A stretch of 64,000 nt of DNA. Source: Phoronis australis (lineage: Eukaryota; Animalia; Phoronida). Made by a program: the position numbers and the translations under genes. A model generated the notes under the pieces. It saw nothing but the letters and a program-made list of their open reading frames with translations, ran no database searches and was not told where the DNA came from. Where the stretch lies: positions 206,187-270,186 of the forward strand of contig NMRA01000494.1 of assembly GCA_002633005.1 (NCBI GenBank), read 5' to 3'. Positions 13,101 to 26,600 of this stretch are shown piece by piece. Numbering within the stretch: position 1 is the first letter of the stretch; each line of letters starts with the position of its first letter.

Positions 13101-16100
13101 CCTGATGAAATCAAAAGTTTAGAACCGGAACATTTGCAAATTGCCAAAATAGGCAGAAAAGGGACACATTACGGGAATTCAGCGCAACTTGAACGCGAAT
13201 TCTTTAAATAGACGCGCTTCACCCTTACAAGCTAGTATTGCTTACAAGCTTGGTATTCCGTTGGCGTGCACTTTAGATCGGTCTACATTTGAACGGGAAT
13301 GTGCAACTCGTGACAAAAATGCTGTGCAGCACATGCAACACGGCCTATATCTATGATTCATGTTCAACACGTCATAGGTTCCAGGCTGCCTTACATGTAC
13401 GTGGACAAAAACAAGTGCAAATTACCTCCGGTAAAAACCATCTCTGACCATTGAACAAAAACGTAATTTAGCGTTGCAGTCTCATCCATCAATCCGTTCA
13501 GTTCTATCCGTTTTGATGAGAAAGCCACTCACCTCCAGATTCACTATTTGTCCCTCGTTCGTGCACATAGGGAAGGCACGAACATGGGAGGCGCAGCATA
13601 TGGGGCTGGGGAGCTGATGCCTCCCGAATTATTTCAGTGCTGCAACGCCCATCGGAATGGGAGGAACAGACTACAGGGGGTTCGAGGCTATAGACAGCAC
13701 AATTACTTCACTAGTGCTGCGTCGCCCGCATGACAAACCCCGGATCCTGTCACTAGTCAAGATCCCCTTGTCATGGTCAGGGAACCTCAGAGCGTTTGTG
13801 TGTCTGAGTACGTGATGCCAGGAACACAATCTGGCAAGTTTCTGGCACAGTTAGACTTCTTTCTCGAAGTTGTGATGCATGAAGACTTTACTCCAGACCG
13901 GCAGGCGCTATTTTTGCGCGGAAAATTTCAGACTAATTAACACCAGGGCATACATGCACCTATTGGCTGTTATTTTATGAAGCAATTGTTCATGCCACAC
14001 TTTGTCCAATTCCCCGCAACAGTAATCCCTCTCTACGATCACAGTCACACCGACGAGCAAGTAATTCTGTGGAAGCTTTCTATATCATAATAAGCGTCTT
14101 ACCCGAAATTTCCCCAGTTCTTTAGACACGAGAATTGTTTCCTTATACCACGAATAGCGGTCGTTGTCTTGCTTAGTGAAGACTGTCCTCGTTTTCAAAT
14201 CTTGTGTATTCAGCTTGACGTTTAGTGTATCGTCACTGTACATGAAGCGATGAAACTGTACCTGTTGAAAAATATATAGGTATTGTAAGTCCAAACCAAT
14301 TATTATTTACTAATAACATGTATCCCCATGACGGCTATTTGGCTTCACTTGTATTAACAATGTGTAACATGCACGCTTGGATCTTCAATGCAGTTACAAA
14401 TAATAATTGAAAATATAAGCCGCAAACCTAAGCCATCACGCGCGTCCCTCTGCTGAAAAAGTTTAAATAAATTCTTCTCTCACCCACGCTCGGCCTTCCA
14501 ACGGTTTCAAATTTGGCTTTCGATATCGAGAAAACTTGGCTGTGATTGGAAGATTCTTAACATGTGGTCAAGTATTTCGTATAAGTCTTCATGCATGAAA
14601 TCGAACATTATGTTCTGGCAGCTAGTATAAAAATGACCAGATGATGTGGGTAACCGAACGAAAGACTATTCTAAAACTAGTGATTGTTTTCGCTTCAGCG
14701 CAGCTCCCACACGTCATATTCCTGGTCTGCACACCATTCGGTGCTTTCTCTCTCTAATTGCGTCATATACACCTGTAAGTAAGAAGCAAAGTTTCCTTTG
14801 CGGCGCGCCACTCAGGTCCCCCAGACCTAAACATCTGGGTCACGGACTTTGTTGAAAGATCGCCAATTGTGGGTATCATCGTAAGATCATCCCAACCACC
14901 CATTGCGTGGAAACCGTTAAATAATGGCGAGGCAGGCTTTCACGGCGTGAGTTCCTTTTTTCATGGGTTGAACATTCTCTGCATTAATTTTAGACACTGT
15001 AAAATATAACTGGGGTCATTATTTTTCGCGGAGTCATCATTTAATGTTACCCAGGCTCTGTTTGGTAAATGTACATGTATCATTCCACTCGGTTTTGAAT
15101 GGCGAACTATTTATATTGGGTATAGGTTGGTTACGCAATTCAGTCATACAGGTGTGATATCTTGGTTACGTCATTACACTTTTCTTTCTGCGCAAATTTT
15201 GAGTCACAAAACAAAATACTCATAAGCAAGCACCACAAGTCTATAGAATTTCGAATTAAGTACAAATTTTGCATGAATTTGTTTGTTTTGATACATGAGA
15301 ACCTCTGATTTTGGAATGCATACTGTACGTGTATCAAGATATGTGTTTTAAAGCAGTATACATTCCAATATAGAATAAATTATTCACTTCGATTAACTGA
15401 GTTTGGTGACTGGCCGGTAAGTTCGGGCATGTAGATGTGGTTTTCGACATACAAGTAAAACACATATGACTGTTCCTAATACCAAATTTTCAGTTAACTA
15501 CAGTTTACATACATGTACAACATTGTCATTGAATAACGGCATATGCTGGTCAACAGTTATTTATTAATTCATAGTACAGTGTAGGCCTACATATGGTCTC
15601 AATCCCCAAACTAAGGTGGAGACAAAGCATGGTCCCTTTGCTTAAACTACGGTGGCAGAAGATAAAAAAGTGGCAGTATAAATAAACTCCATGACCGAAC
15701 CAAAAAATCAATGACTCAGTGGCAGAACTAATAAACTCAACTATTAGACTGCAGGAAAAACTCTGAGAGACCCTGCATTTCCTTACTGACGCCCAATTCT
15801 CCCAATGTTTTCCGTCATTTTTCTCCTGTGTAACACTCTACATTAGGGCGTCATATTGACAGCTCGAGCTTCAAGTTTGTGACTGCGTGGCGCGCGCCCG
15901 GTCTACGTGATGTCTACGCACTGAACATTGTTGCGACATCTATTGTCGCACCAGCCACATTATTTTTGCTCATCGTGACGACACATATTGTCTCCCCAAA
16001 AAGAAAGACTTAAAATTTCACTGCTGTGTACTACATTTAGGCTCATAATACCTCTTTTACGCTCAGGGCAGGACCTGGACGAGTTCAAACTCCCAAGTCG

Positions 16101-19100
16101 GATTCTCCGGGTATAGTCAAACCGCCTAAACTTATATGTTAATTTTAAAGTACGAACCGGATACACGCCATAACCTAACAATAAGAAAGCTGATAGTGAC
16201 CCTGCCGCATTTACTATGTAAGCCAACACTGCGTGTATTATCTTACTCATATGGAGTACATTTGCCTGCGCGAAAGTAGTTCACTTCTATCATTTAAGGC
16301 AGTAGGCCTATTGCATTTTTGAATCAATGTAAATGTTACTGAACAACTGTTGTAAATGCCGACTCAGATCAATATCCGAACCGGGAATGTAATCTGGACC
16401 AGCCATGTACGCCTGCACGGTGGTACTTGCTTAAAAAGTGAGTTAGGGGTTTGAATTGAAGATAAATTGAATGGTGATTTTCGACACATCACTGTGACTG
16501 TGCCGTGGCCGCTTGTACTTCGACTTCAGAGTTCAGTCTTATCACACCTACATGTAACTACTTTGGAAAACTTCAGTGCAGGTTCACCAGTTATACATCA
16601 CGAAATCAGACTGTTAGTGTTAGCCAGATGGATCTCCCTAGTGACAGCAAATGTCTAGACTTGACCAGGCAAATACACGTGTTGTTGGTCACTTTGTACT
16701 AGGGAAAATAGAGAAAAAACGACAGGACAACGACATGGTCAAAAAAATTGATGAATGTAACAACTGAATAATACTACTGTTGTCCAGTGGATTAGATAGT
16801 GACCACCGTCTCTAGCTGGCCCCTGTAGAGACAGTGAAGCTCCTCTGGGAGTTTCATACATTGATAGATTTTCGTTGACTTATGCCTCACACTGATTAAA
16901 ATATGAAAGTCATGTTGTTTGAGTACTTCTTGCTCATATAGGGACACCTTAGGTACCCATTGATGTCTTTAATTTCTTCCAACTTAACAATTACTCCTGT
17001 AATGTAAATTTTTCTTCAATCAGTCCTTGGTTCAGTTGCCCAAATTGTCAACTGGCCAGTTTTACACTGCACACCCTCCTATTTTTACCGCGTCCGCCAG
17101 TGTGAAGCATAATTCGCCTTAAATCTTCCGGCGTATTTTATTATCAGTGGATGAAACTTGTTATCCATTTCAGGGACCATTATGTCCGAGCAGAGTCTTA
17201 TTTTGTAATTCTGTAAGTATAGAATTTCTGCAAAATTTTGATTAAACATATTTCCCGTCTGCAGTACTAAAATTGATCAGCTTGATTAATTTTTTTCAGC
17301 CGCAAGTCAACTCACTTGAACACAGATAATTCTAGGAGGCACATCAGTCATGCTAGTAAAAATTGAAAGCCTTTGCTTTTTACGTATATTTAATTTCAGA
17401 TGGTGAACTGTAATACTCCACTGAAAAAGGCAAAGTCAAAGACATGCATATTATGAGACAAGCTGTTATACTCTGACTCTCACGCACACAAAGTTAAAAA
17501 ATGTTGCATTAAAGCAGAGGTACTTGGATTTTTTTAAACTCCTTTGCATTCAATTTAACAATGATTTTCTGGACACTAGGCCTGTGTTTATCTGCAGCAT
17601 ATGTACTCCGTTTTGTTCAAAACTCACACAGCTGCAGAAATCAGCAAGAATGGATGTCAGCATTCTCATTGCTCAGTCTGAAGATCGACAGAAACATGTA
17701 CTAGTTGATTCGCCATCTGTTTCTAAGGAGACAACAGGAACAAAGAGATTGTTAAATTTTGAGTCCGTGTTAGTTGACCATGGGTATTCAGTGTCTGAAG
17801 ATTATCAATAACCCAACCCTTTCCTGTCAAACGTGCCTAAAGACTCAACTGGGGAACTTGATCCGAAACTGTTGTTCAAAATCAGTACATGTTTGGATGA
17901 TCTTTGCAAAACTTCAGAAAAGTGTGCTTAGACTTCCCATGAGGGACCTGGATGAGAAGTTGCTTCTTTGCAAAATTGTGAAAGAAGTGGAAAAGCGTCC
18001 TTATGGGCTACCACTTCTGTGTGTCATTCACTTCATATTGCTGTGACTAAGAATGACTTCACTGTAGCCATAATGTATGGAATACATGTAGTTATTTGCC
18101 AAAAATCCTCATCATGGTGGCAATGGTGTATGTTTGAACATATTTTAGATGGATCACATTTATAGCTTAAAATTGTTTTTGACATATATTTTTAGCAAAG
18201 GTGACACAGTAGATGATAGCAATTAGATCGGTGATATATTACATTAAAAATTCTCCAGGCTGAGACAGCCTCCTAACTTCAGAACACAGAAATCACGGCT
18301 GAAATTTAATTTTTCATCCTGAAATTTGGGGCGTAAGGGATTTGTATTCGTACTTTTCAAATTCCTAACGCTATGTTGTAGCATATCAGGTTGCAAGAAC
18401 ACTCATGTAAGTTCATTAAAAGTGACTCTCACGACAAAGATTTAATAAATTGTTAACTTTCCCCTTGAATTTCTGACAGACAGTTGTGGTGTGGTAGTTT
18501 TCACCATCTTTAAGAATGTCAGTGGCGAAAGGTAGAAATCATAAGTGACAACAGATATCAATAGTCCATTTCAGTTAATGACTCTGAATGAGAGAGTAGT
18601 GGCAGTACCCGTGTCGTTAAATAGTCCTGACATAATGCTTTCTGATATGTAACCTATGAGATTTTTTTTCTCAAGAAATGTGTGTGTGTGTGTGTGTGTT
18701 TGTGTGTGTTTGTGTGTGAGTGTGTGTGTGTGTGTGTTTGTGTGTGTTTGTGTGTGCGTGTGTTTGTGTGTGTGTGTTGTTAAAATCATTTGCTTGGTGA
18801 GTCAGCCACTGAATGATCTCAGTACTCAATATGCTTAAAGGGGTTTTAATCAAACAATAATAGTTTAGTTGGTTAGACTGGTACATACATGTACCAAGGG
18901 AACTTGTGCCATGTGATAAAACGATATTGTTTACATATGTTAATGGAAAAAATAAATGGTTAAACGAGATCATGAAATGTTACAATTGTGTCTCTAGCAT
19001 CTAATTCAATGTAAAATACAGAATTACTTTTACATAAACATTTAAAATGTTTTAGATTTTGGACTTCCGATATATAGTTGAGGTTAAGAATGCATGCCTA

Positions 19101-22100
19101 CATGATGTTCTCTGAACACTTGTTGCTTTGATAACACTGTCACTGATCGTGTTACTGTATCAAAAATTAAAGGCAATTTTGACAGTAAAACCACCCATGA
19201 AATCTTATTTAAATGAATCAGATGTGGATTTCCGACTCTGTCCCAATTTTTGTATTTAGGGTAACCTAAAAGGGCTGTTGGGATCCTTGTTAATTCCAGG
19301 TTGGCGTGTCTCTTGGGAGGCATTTTTTATTTAGTGCGTCTGCATTGAATAAATTTATGTTTTTGATTATTTTTGGCAGCTTTCCCAGATTTTCGTAAAA
19401 TTTCCAGGCTCAGATTTGGAAATTCTGGGTATTAGAAAAGGCATAACAATTGGTGCTGTGAAACCTGTTGTGATACGAATAGATGTTATTGAAATTATTT
19501 TTGTCTGCATTAAACTCATCATTATAACACATTGTGTCCTTTGTTGATTACCACAATTGCCACGTTGGAAGCTAATTCCTTGTTTTAGGAGCTAATACCT
19601 TGCTTTGCAAGCGTTTCACACCATCGCTTGTTGATGTCAGAGCCTCAGGGTTAGCACACATGTACACTTCTTGATAATTTCCTTTAATTGTATCACTAAT
19701 TGGAACACAAAGGCGGATTTAGGGGGGCAGGGGCTGACGCAAGCAAAATGAAACAGCAACAGCGCGAAGCATGAGGAAATATAACTAGGACTGATACTGG
19801 AGAAGGGGGGGACTCAGACCCCAGATCGTGGCGGGCTTTCGTTCCCGTTTCTTTATTTTTTAAATTTCTTTTAGTCGATAGATTTCCCGAACAAAAGGTT
19901 CATTCTGCGGGCCCCCGCAACTTTCGGGACGCCTGAATACACACAACCACGCTCTGCTGCCCAATCCCCCGAGGCAACATGTTGGGGCTCCCCTTCTGGT
20001 CCCTGATCCGCCACTGGAACAGTATTACAAAACGTCGCCAATATTTTTTTCATCATCAGTATCATCTTCACTAATGTTTCGCAAAAAATTGTTGCTGTTC
20101 TGGTATTGTAATTAGTGCACGGGAAAGATCTACCAAAGTCTGGTGAACTGCAGGGCTAATAAGCAAACAAACGGCAGTTCAGTGTTGGAAAGTCAATAGC
20201 GCAATTAGTTGAACTGTCAACTGTGCTTCTTCTGCTAATTTTATATTAATCGCACAGTGAACTTTTTACGTTCACATAGTGCTAACTAAACCGTTTCAAT
20301 GACGTTTTTCATTTTAAAATTGCTTCAATTAATACTACAGGTACTCCAATATATCGTCCGCATTCGTCGCGATTCTACTCGGGGATTCCATTGACAGGGA
20401 ATTCCCCGAGTATGCATGACAAGGGAGATAAGTCTTTATTTTGATACGTAAACCAGTCGACAAATACGGATTTTCTCATCTACAAGAATTATAATTACCA
20501 TTTTAAGAACTTAGTCCTAACTGCTACAAAACTCATTCAAATTACAACAATAGCGAAACGTTTTTCTGTGGTTTATTTGGCGCGGATACGAATTGATATG
20601 ATCACGCGAGATCCAACCTCATCACCCGTTTTTCGCGGTATTTTGTAAATGTAATGTTCCATATGTGACAGACTAGTCGCTAATCTACTAGAGCGACGCA
20701 GGCTATTGTTGCAAGCAGTGGATACCTTTATACTACATACTGTACTGCCATCGGTCAAAGCGATTAGCGTACCTCTTTATCAATACTTTGGCAACCAGTG
20801 GATAAATTACACGCTAAGAGAATGAACGGGAGTAATCGTTGCCTTTCGATATATTCGTACGATGAAAAGGGATCCAACTGTTTGCAAATTATTTGTAATT
20901 ATATTTATTTTGGAGGTTTAAACTACCTTGACGGGATTTAATGCCAGGTAAATAGTACATGTTATCGGAACCCAGCATTTACAATATAGTAAGAACAATA
21001 CAAAAACCCCAGAGTAAATCTTTGATACCAAACTTTAGATGCCTGTACAACTAGAGTTGCTTAGTGCCCATGCGGTAACTTTTGTGTTGATTTATCCACT
21101 TGCATTTGTAAATATCTAAATTATCTCTCTTCAAACATTTCTCCTGTCTTTTTTGCTCAAAAAAGTCTAAAAGCTGAGTTTAAACAACGATTGAAAGTAG
21201 AAGTTCGAAGAACTATTGAATGTTATAAATTACAGCTCGGCTACACAAACATATCCTACAGCTTTATGTGTGTAAAGAAAATAACAAATAGGAAAGTTTT
21301 TCCAAGATTTATATGATCAAATCAGGTGGTAAGTAATGCTGGACTGCAGTAATTCAACTTTAAAAAAGTATTTGATAGCAACATCACCGGGTCTCAAAAG
21401 TGACTTAAAAGACTAAATCAGAAACTTGATCTGACGCTCCTCATAATTACAGTAGTATTTTATAAAATACTTAAAATCCAACTTGAGCAAAAATGAGTGT
21501 GAGAATATACACATATAACTGTTGATTACTTAGATGTTCTCAAAAAAGTGTTTTTGTTGCGATGCCGGACAATTGGGGACACGTGACAAACATGCAAGAT
21601 CTAAGAACGTTTAATATATTATGACCGACTATCGGTACTACTAAAGATCGAAGACCAAGTTCAGAAAATCAGCATCTCAATAACACTAAGTCTGTTTTTG
21701 GTGTATTGTCTAATAACAAGGAGTTTACTCCTTGCTTATAATACTTAGAAATGATGCATTTGAGTTAATAAAGTACACTGTACATTTCGTCACCTGTTGA
21801 GATTTTATGAAACAAAGCGAGATGGTGCGTGAAGTACGGTTTCAGAATAAACATTACGTCGAAACTCTAAATGTGGACTTGGTTGGAAGATTTTGAATAG
21901 AATTCAGATCACATTCGCTTATCTGAGAGGACCCAGGTATTACAGGGTAATAGCATTGCATTATCTTAACAGGTTTCTGCAGGTTATCCTGTTATCTGAC
22001 CGAGAACAGACAAGCCATTACGACATTGTTCAGGGACAATATATTGTAAAAAATATCAACGACATTTTACTCAACAGATGACAGCGATAGCCACTTAGAT

Positions 22101-23621
22101 GATCGTTTAGACACAAAATCCAACCTTGAGACTATTACGTAACGCGTTAACTTTAGATCTTCACTTAGGCCTTTTTCGGTCTTAATTTCAATGTTGGTTG
22201 TAAGGAATTTAATAAAACGAGTCTGAGAAAATATAGACTTAAATTAACTAGGTCTAAGTCAAGAAAGAAACCTGTTATGTAATGTGCTCATGGTCACATG
22301 TTGGCGTTAGTTATGTTGACAAAAATGAAACTATAGTGGGCATTAAGGACTTATGTATGATATCGTTCAAGAATTTTGTCAGACATAAGTCTCTTTTAGT
22401 CAGAAATAAACCAAACTTATTTCGTAATGCACCATTCATAAACGTGGCCATAAGTGAAAACCTTCCAACCAAAATCTGTCGCCTGAACTTTCGTATGCAG
22501 CAGCGCATGGTAGATTGAAAATACCAGACAGGCTGATGCCAGAATGGAAATGGATTTTGTTTAGAAAAAGTAACTGAACACCAAACCATTCACTTTTAAG
22601 ATTTCAGTGAGTCATGGTCTGGCCCTTTACAAAAGAATTTCAGAAAATCATGATTCTTTTTGTGCAATTGAAGTCGCCGCTAATTCATAGTGTGACTAGG
22701 TTCAGCGTCAGAGGGGCTATTTCCATAAGAACCTGCACTAGAAATGGAATTCACAGCTAAAAAACACACGTCACGTATTTAGGCAACCTTTTGTTACACA
22801 AAGCAGTTTTTACTAACCAAAATATCACAGTCCTGAGTGTCGTAGACGGGCGATATCAAACGGGCTTTATCGCCACTTCGTGCATAACTAGAAGGCGACA
22901 CATTCATGAAATACCGACCTGTAACATAAATTTATAATAAACAATACCCATAAGCTACCTCTAAAGCTGCAAATTAAGTGTGACCGAAGAAACATGGAAT
23001 GAGCAGGAACAGGAGATACATGTGCAGTGTTGATAACATGCATGTACAATGCAGCTAGTCTGCAAACTCACTGAGATGTAACATGGTTTCCAAGCGATAG
23101 ACTCGGCTAAATCGGTCGCTAATGTGACATACAGTGCGTTGTAGCGATATCTTCCTTCAGTTCTGGGATATCAGTGATGCGTTATGTATTCCAGTGTCAG
23201 TACGTGCTTTGCTTTGATTCTCCCCTTCGAAATTTATTAAAAAGTGTAGTAAGGTGGCGGATGCAGCTTTTGTACGGATTAATGTGAACAAATACTCTCA
23301 AGCAATTGAATAAATCCATGTTCTACAGTGTAATTCCCAGTAATTCCCGTTATTGCCAATGTCTCGGTCGGCCGTGTAGTTGGACAAATTTGCCGTATCA
23401 TAGGTTCAGTCTAAAAGGTTGTCTCCAAACTTGAGCTCACTGCATTACGTTTTCTTCTGTTTTTTGTGGTTACACAATTAGTAGTATCTCCATTACGTAT
23501 GAAAATACTCAACTACCCTGACACAAAGACGTAATTTCACCATAAGGAGACTTAAATATGCAGAGTCGAATCTACCGACAAACTGACCTGATCTCAACAT
23601 TTTTCCCTTGAGGGAAGGTGC

Positions 23622-23666
<45 letters not shown>

Positions 23667-26600
23667 TTTGGAATCGCGCATACTTTAATGTGAAGCCAAG
23701 ATTTTTATATCGTGCTATAAAGTTTAGGCACACGAATCCTATCTGAGAGTTGTTTGCAAGACTGACGACCAGATACTGAAATTGAAAACTTTATACAAGT
23801 ATTCGAGATGAAGCATGAAACCGGCGGGACTTCATATGCAAATTGGGATGAGAAATTTCAAGTGAACACAAAGTACTCGAGCAGTAGTCTCAACATGAAA
23901 CATTTTACGTCATTTAATTGCATCATTTATCCCAAGTAACGTGAAGCGTAAGAAATCACGCTAAAGCGTGAATGCTAGAGTTTGTCACCAGGGTGTGCTG
24001 TGTGTTTCCGCAAGTGTATTCATTTATGTATGTTTCTGTGAATTACAAAGTTCACACGTTATCAATTTCATGCCCTGAAGCATCTAACATTTTGATACAG
24101 GTAGCTCTACTTCAGTGTTAAAAATAAAGATCTCACAATCTCGCCTTATTTACTATCAGCAAAGAAGGACCGGCAATTATTATAAAACTGTGATTATATC
24201 AGTCCCAAACTATCTTTTTGAAACAAAACAGAACGGCGAAGTCAGGTGTACGATTTGTACCAGAATAAGTCGATTTAAAACAATCTTCACCACGTTTACA
24301 TCTACATGTAAATACAATGTTCCAGAACTAACCGTGTTCACACTAACGCAGTTCTAGGTGCACAATGTACAATTATCTCAATGCTGCATCCAACCTGTGG
24401 TGAAATATTGCCAAGTTTTTCCAAAACTATGCCCGTGTTCACATGAATAAAGCGGTGTACTTTTATATTGTATGTGTACTAGGTCTAGTATCAGGTACAG
24501 CATGGTGCGATTCGTTCGCTAAACAGTGTTTTGTATTGTAAACATTAGGTTATGACTTTTCTTCTAATTTGTTCGTAGCAATTATCCAGTGTTTAATTAT
24601 ATGGCTTGATATTACAAACGAATTACCTTCTGCCGCGTGACTGGGTGTTCCGTAAGCGCCCCTGTACTGGCGGTTCCATGTGTAGTAATGGTTCTGACTC
24701 AGGGTGTAACCACACATGCCAGTCTCAAAACTACAGTTTCCTATTACAACAATATACATGATTTGCCTAACAATACAGTATCACATTCACAACAATACAG
24801 TATCACATTCACAACAATGCAGAGTCATATTCACAACTTACAATATAGTGTCACATTCACAAGCTCAATAACCAGACCTAAAAAGAAATTAATTTTCATC
24901 GTTGAAATAACAAAATCAAAATGATGATTGGCCATAAGTCTCGTTTGTTTTAAACTGCAGAAAATTATGCTTATAGAGGTTTTTACTAGATAGCAAGAGC
25001 AGTGGAACAGACGAGAACCAACTGATATTTGGTCTTATTTCGTGACTTATACATTTTCTAAATGGATAAACCTACTCAAATCTCTATCATTCTGGTTGTG
25101 GGTGTTTTAATGGAGAGTAACAAGACTCTCATCAAGACTCCAGTCTGATGTAAAACTGGAAATCGAACATGAAAATATTTCTCATCTTCATGTCCTATTT
25201 TGTACGAACTCAAGAAAATGTGTACAATATATTATTGTTTACTTGAGTGTGGTATGACTTAAGCTGAATAGATAAAAACTCAATCATGACAATGTCAGAC
25301 TTGAACTTAGCTTTTCATGTTCAAACCAGCGTTAGAGAACCATCCACGTAAACCACAATGTACTTTAGCGTGCATCAATTGGAACTCATCTTTGTTTCAT
25401 ATTAAACGGTATTATTATATTAAACAATATTATTTTGATTCCAATTTTGTCTACAAAAATTTTGTCCCGAGCACGGAAAATATGCAAGCAGATTGACCAA
25501 ATGGAGGCTACTCACTAAGTGACTCTTGTGGTTTCGTCTTCTGTTCACAAATGTATACGTGCATATCGCCACACGGTCTGTCAAACCACATTTTAGATGT
25601 TACCTCAATAGCAGCGCAGTTTTCCGCTGTGGTAAGGATTAAAAATACATACAGTAATAATAAGAACAGTGGTTCTTGAATTACACCAGTCAACAATTTT
25701 AGACAATTTTAGTGCTAGAAGACAAAAATTTGACATTTTACCAGCACGATAAGTTGCTTGATGTTGTGATGATGAATACCTTCCGTTCACAATAACACCT
25801 CATATTGAACTAACTGAACACTGTGTGTCAGAGATAAAGTCTTGTTATTACGAAGTCTTTTGCCTGAGATTCTTTTATATATGTCACTATATACTTTGAA
25901 CTTCGGAAATGGTATAGGAAAAACAGCAAATTTCACCTTCTGGTATCAAACAAGTTTGCTGATATGCGCATGTAAAACCTTCCTGCCCATCACATGTAGT
26001 TACCACCAATCAGATTGCGCATCCTGACCTAGGCATTGACTATAAAATAATAAATTTGTCAAGGAATTACAATTGTGAGATATCCACCGAAATAGAAAAG
26101 TTCCTAACTTGCAGTATATCTTAGGACAGCATACATGTACGTCAAATCGGCTTACTTTGATTCCCATTGGGCTGCTTCTGTGTGTCATACCAGTTGGTGT
26201 AGTTTAACTGTGTCTTGTCAGACCACCTCCAGGCGCCCTCTGTCGTTTTGTCAGAAAGACCAATCCAAACAAATGAATCCCTAAAATTAATTGCAGGACT
26301 TTCACGTATTCAGAATTAGAAATGATTTTCGTAACCCGTGTAAACTTTGAAATTTTTGCTTGAAATGCCTCTATGTAGAGTGTAATAAAATCATCAACGA
26401 TGAATCAAAACTCACTTAGGTGTTTCGAAAGTAACGCAAGCTTAATGAAATTTAGTAATCCATATGGCTTTGTGCACAGGTCGTTCGAATCTTGATGACT
26501 ACTGTCGCCTGTGAACAATTGCTGATGCTATTTATTATCATCCAGTTTCACCTGCATTATCACATCCAGCAAAATGAGAAATATGCGATATCAAATGGAA

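Noticed and set aside
14690-14850. Possible Tc1/mariner relic (APxxH...FL...SPDLN)
   Set aside because: Needs frameshifts and the motifs are too short to support
15385-15472. FYLYVEN on the minus strand as the missing MAM exon (also candidates near 23070-23160 and 24215-24330)
   Set aside because: Wrong phase, weak acceptors or in-frame stops
18571-18973. His/Thr- and Cys/Val-rich ORFs (also 42005-42214)
   Set aside because: Translations of (TG)n repeats
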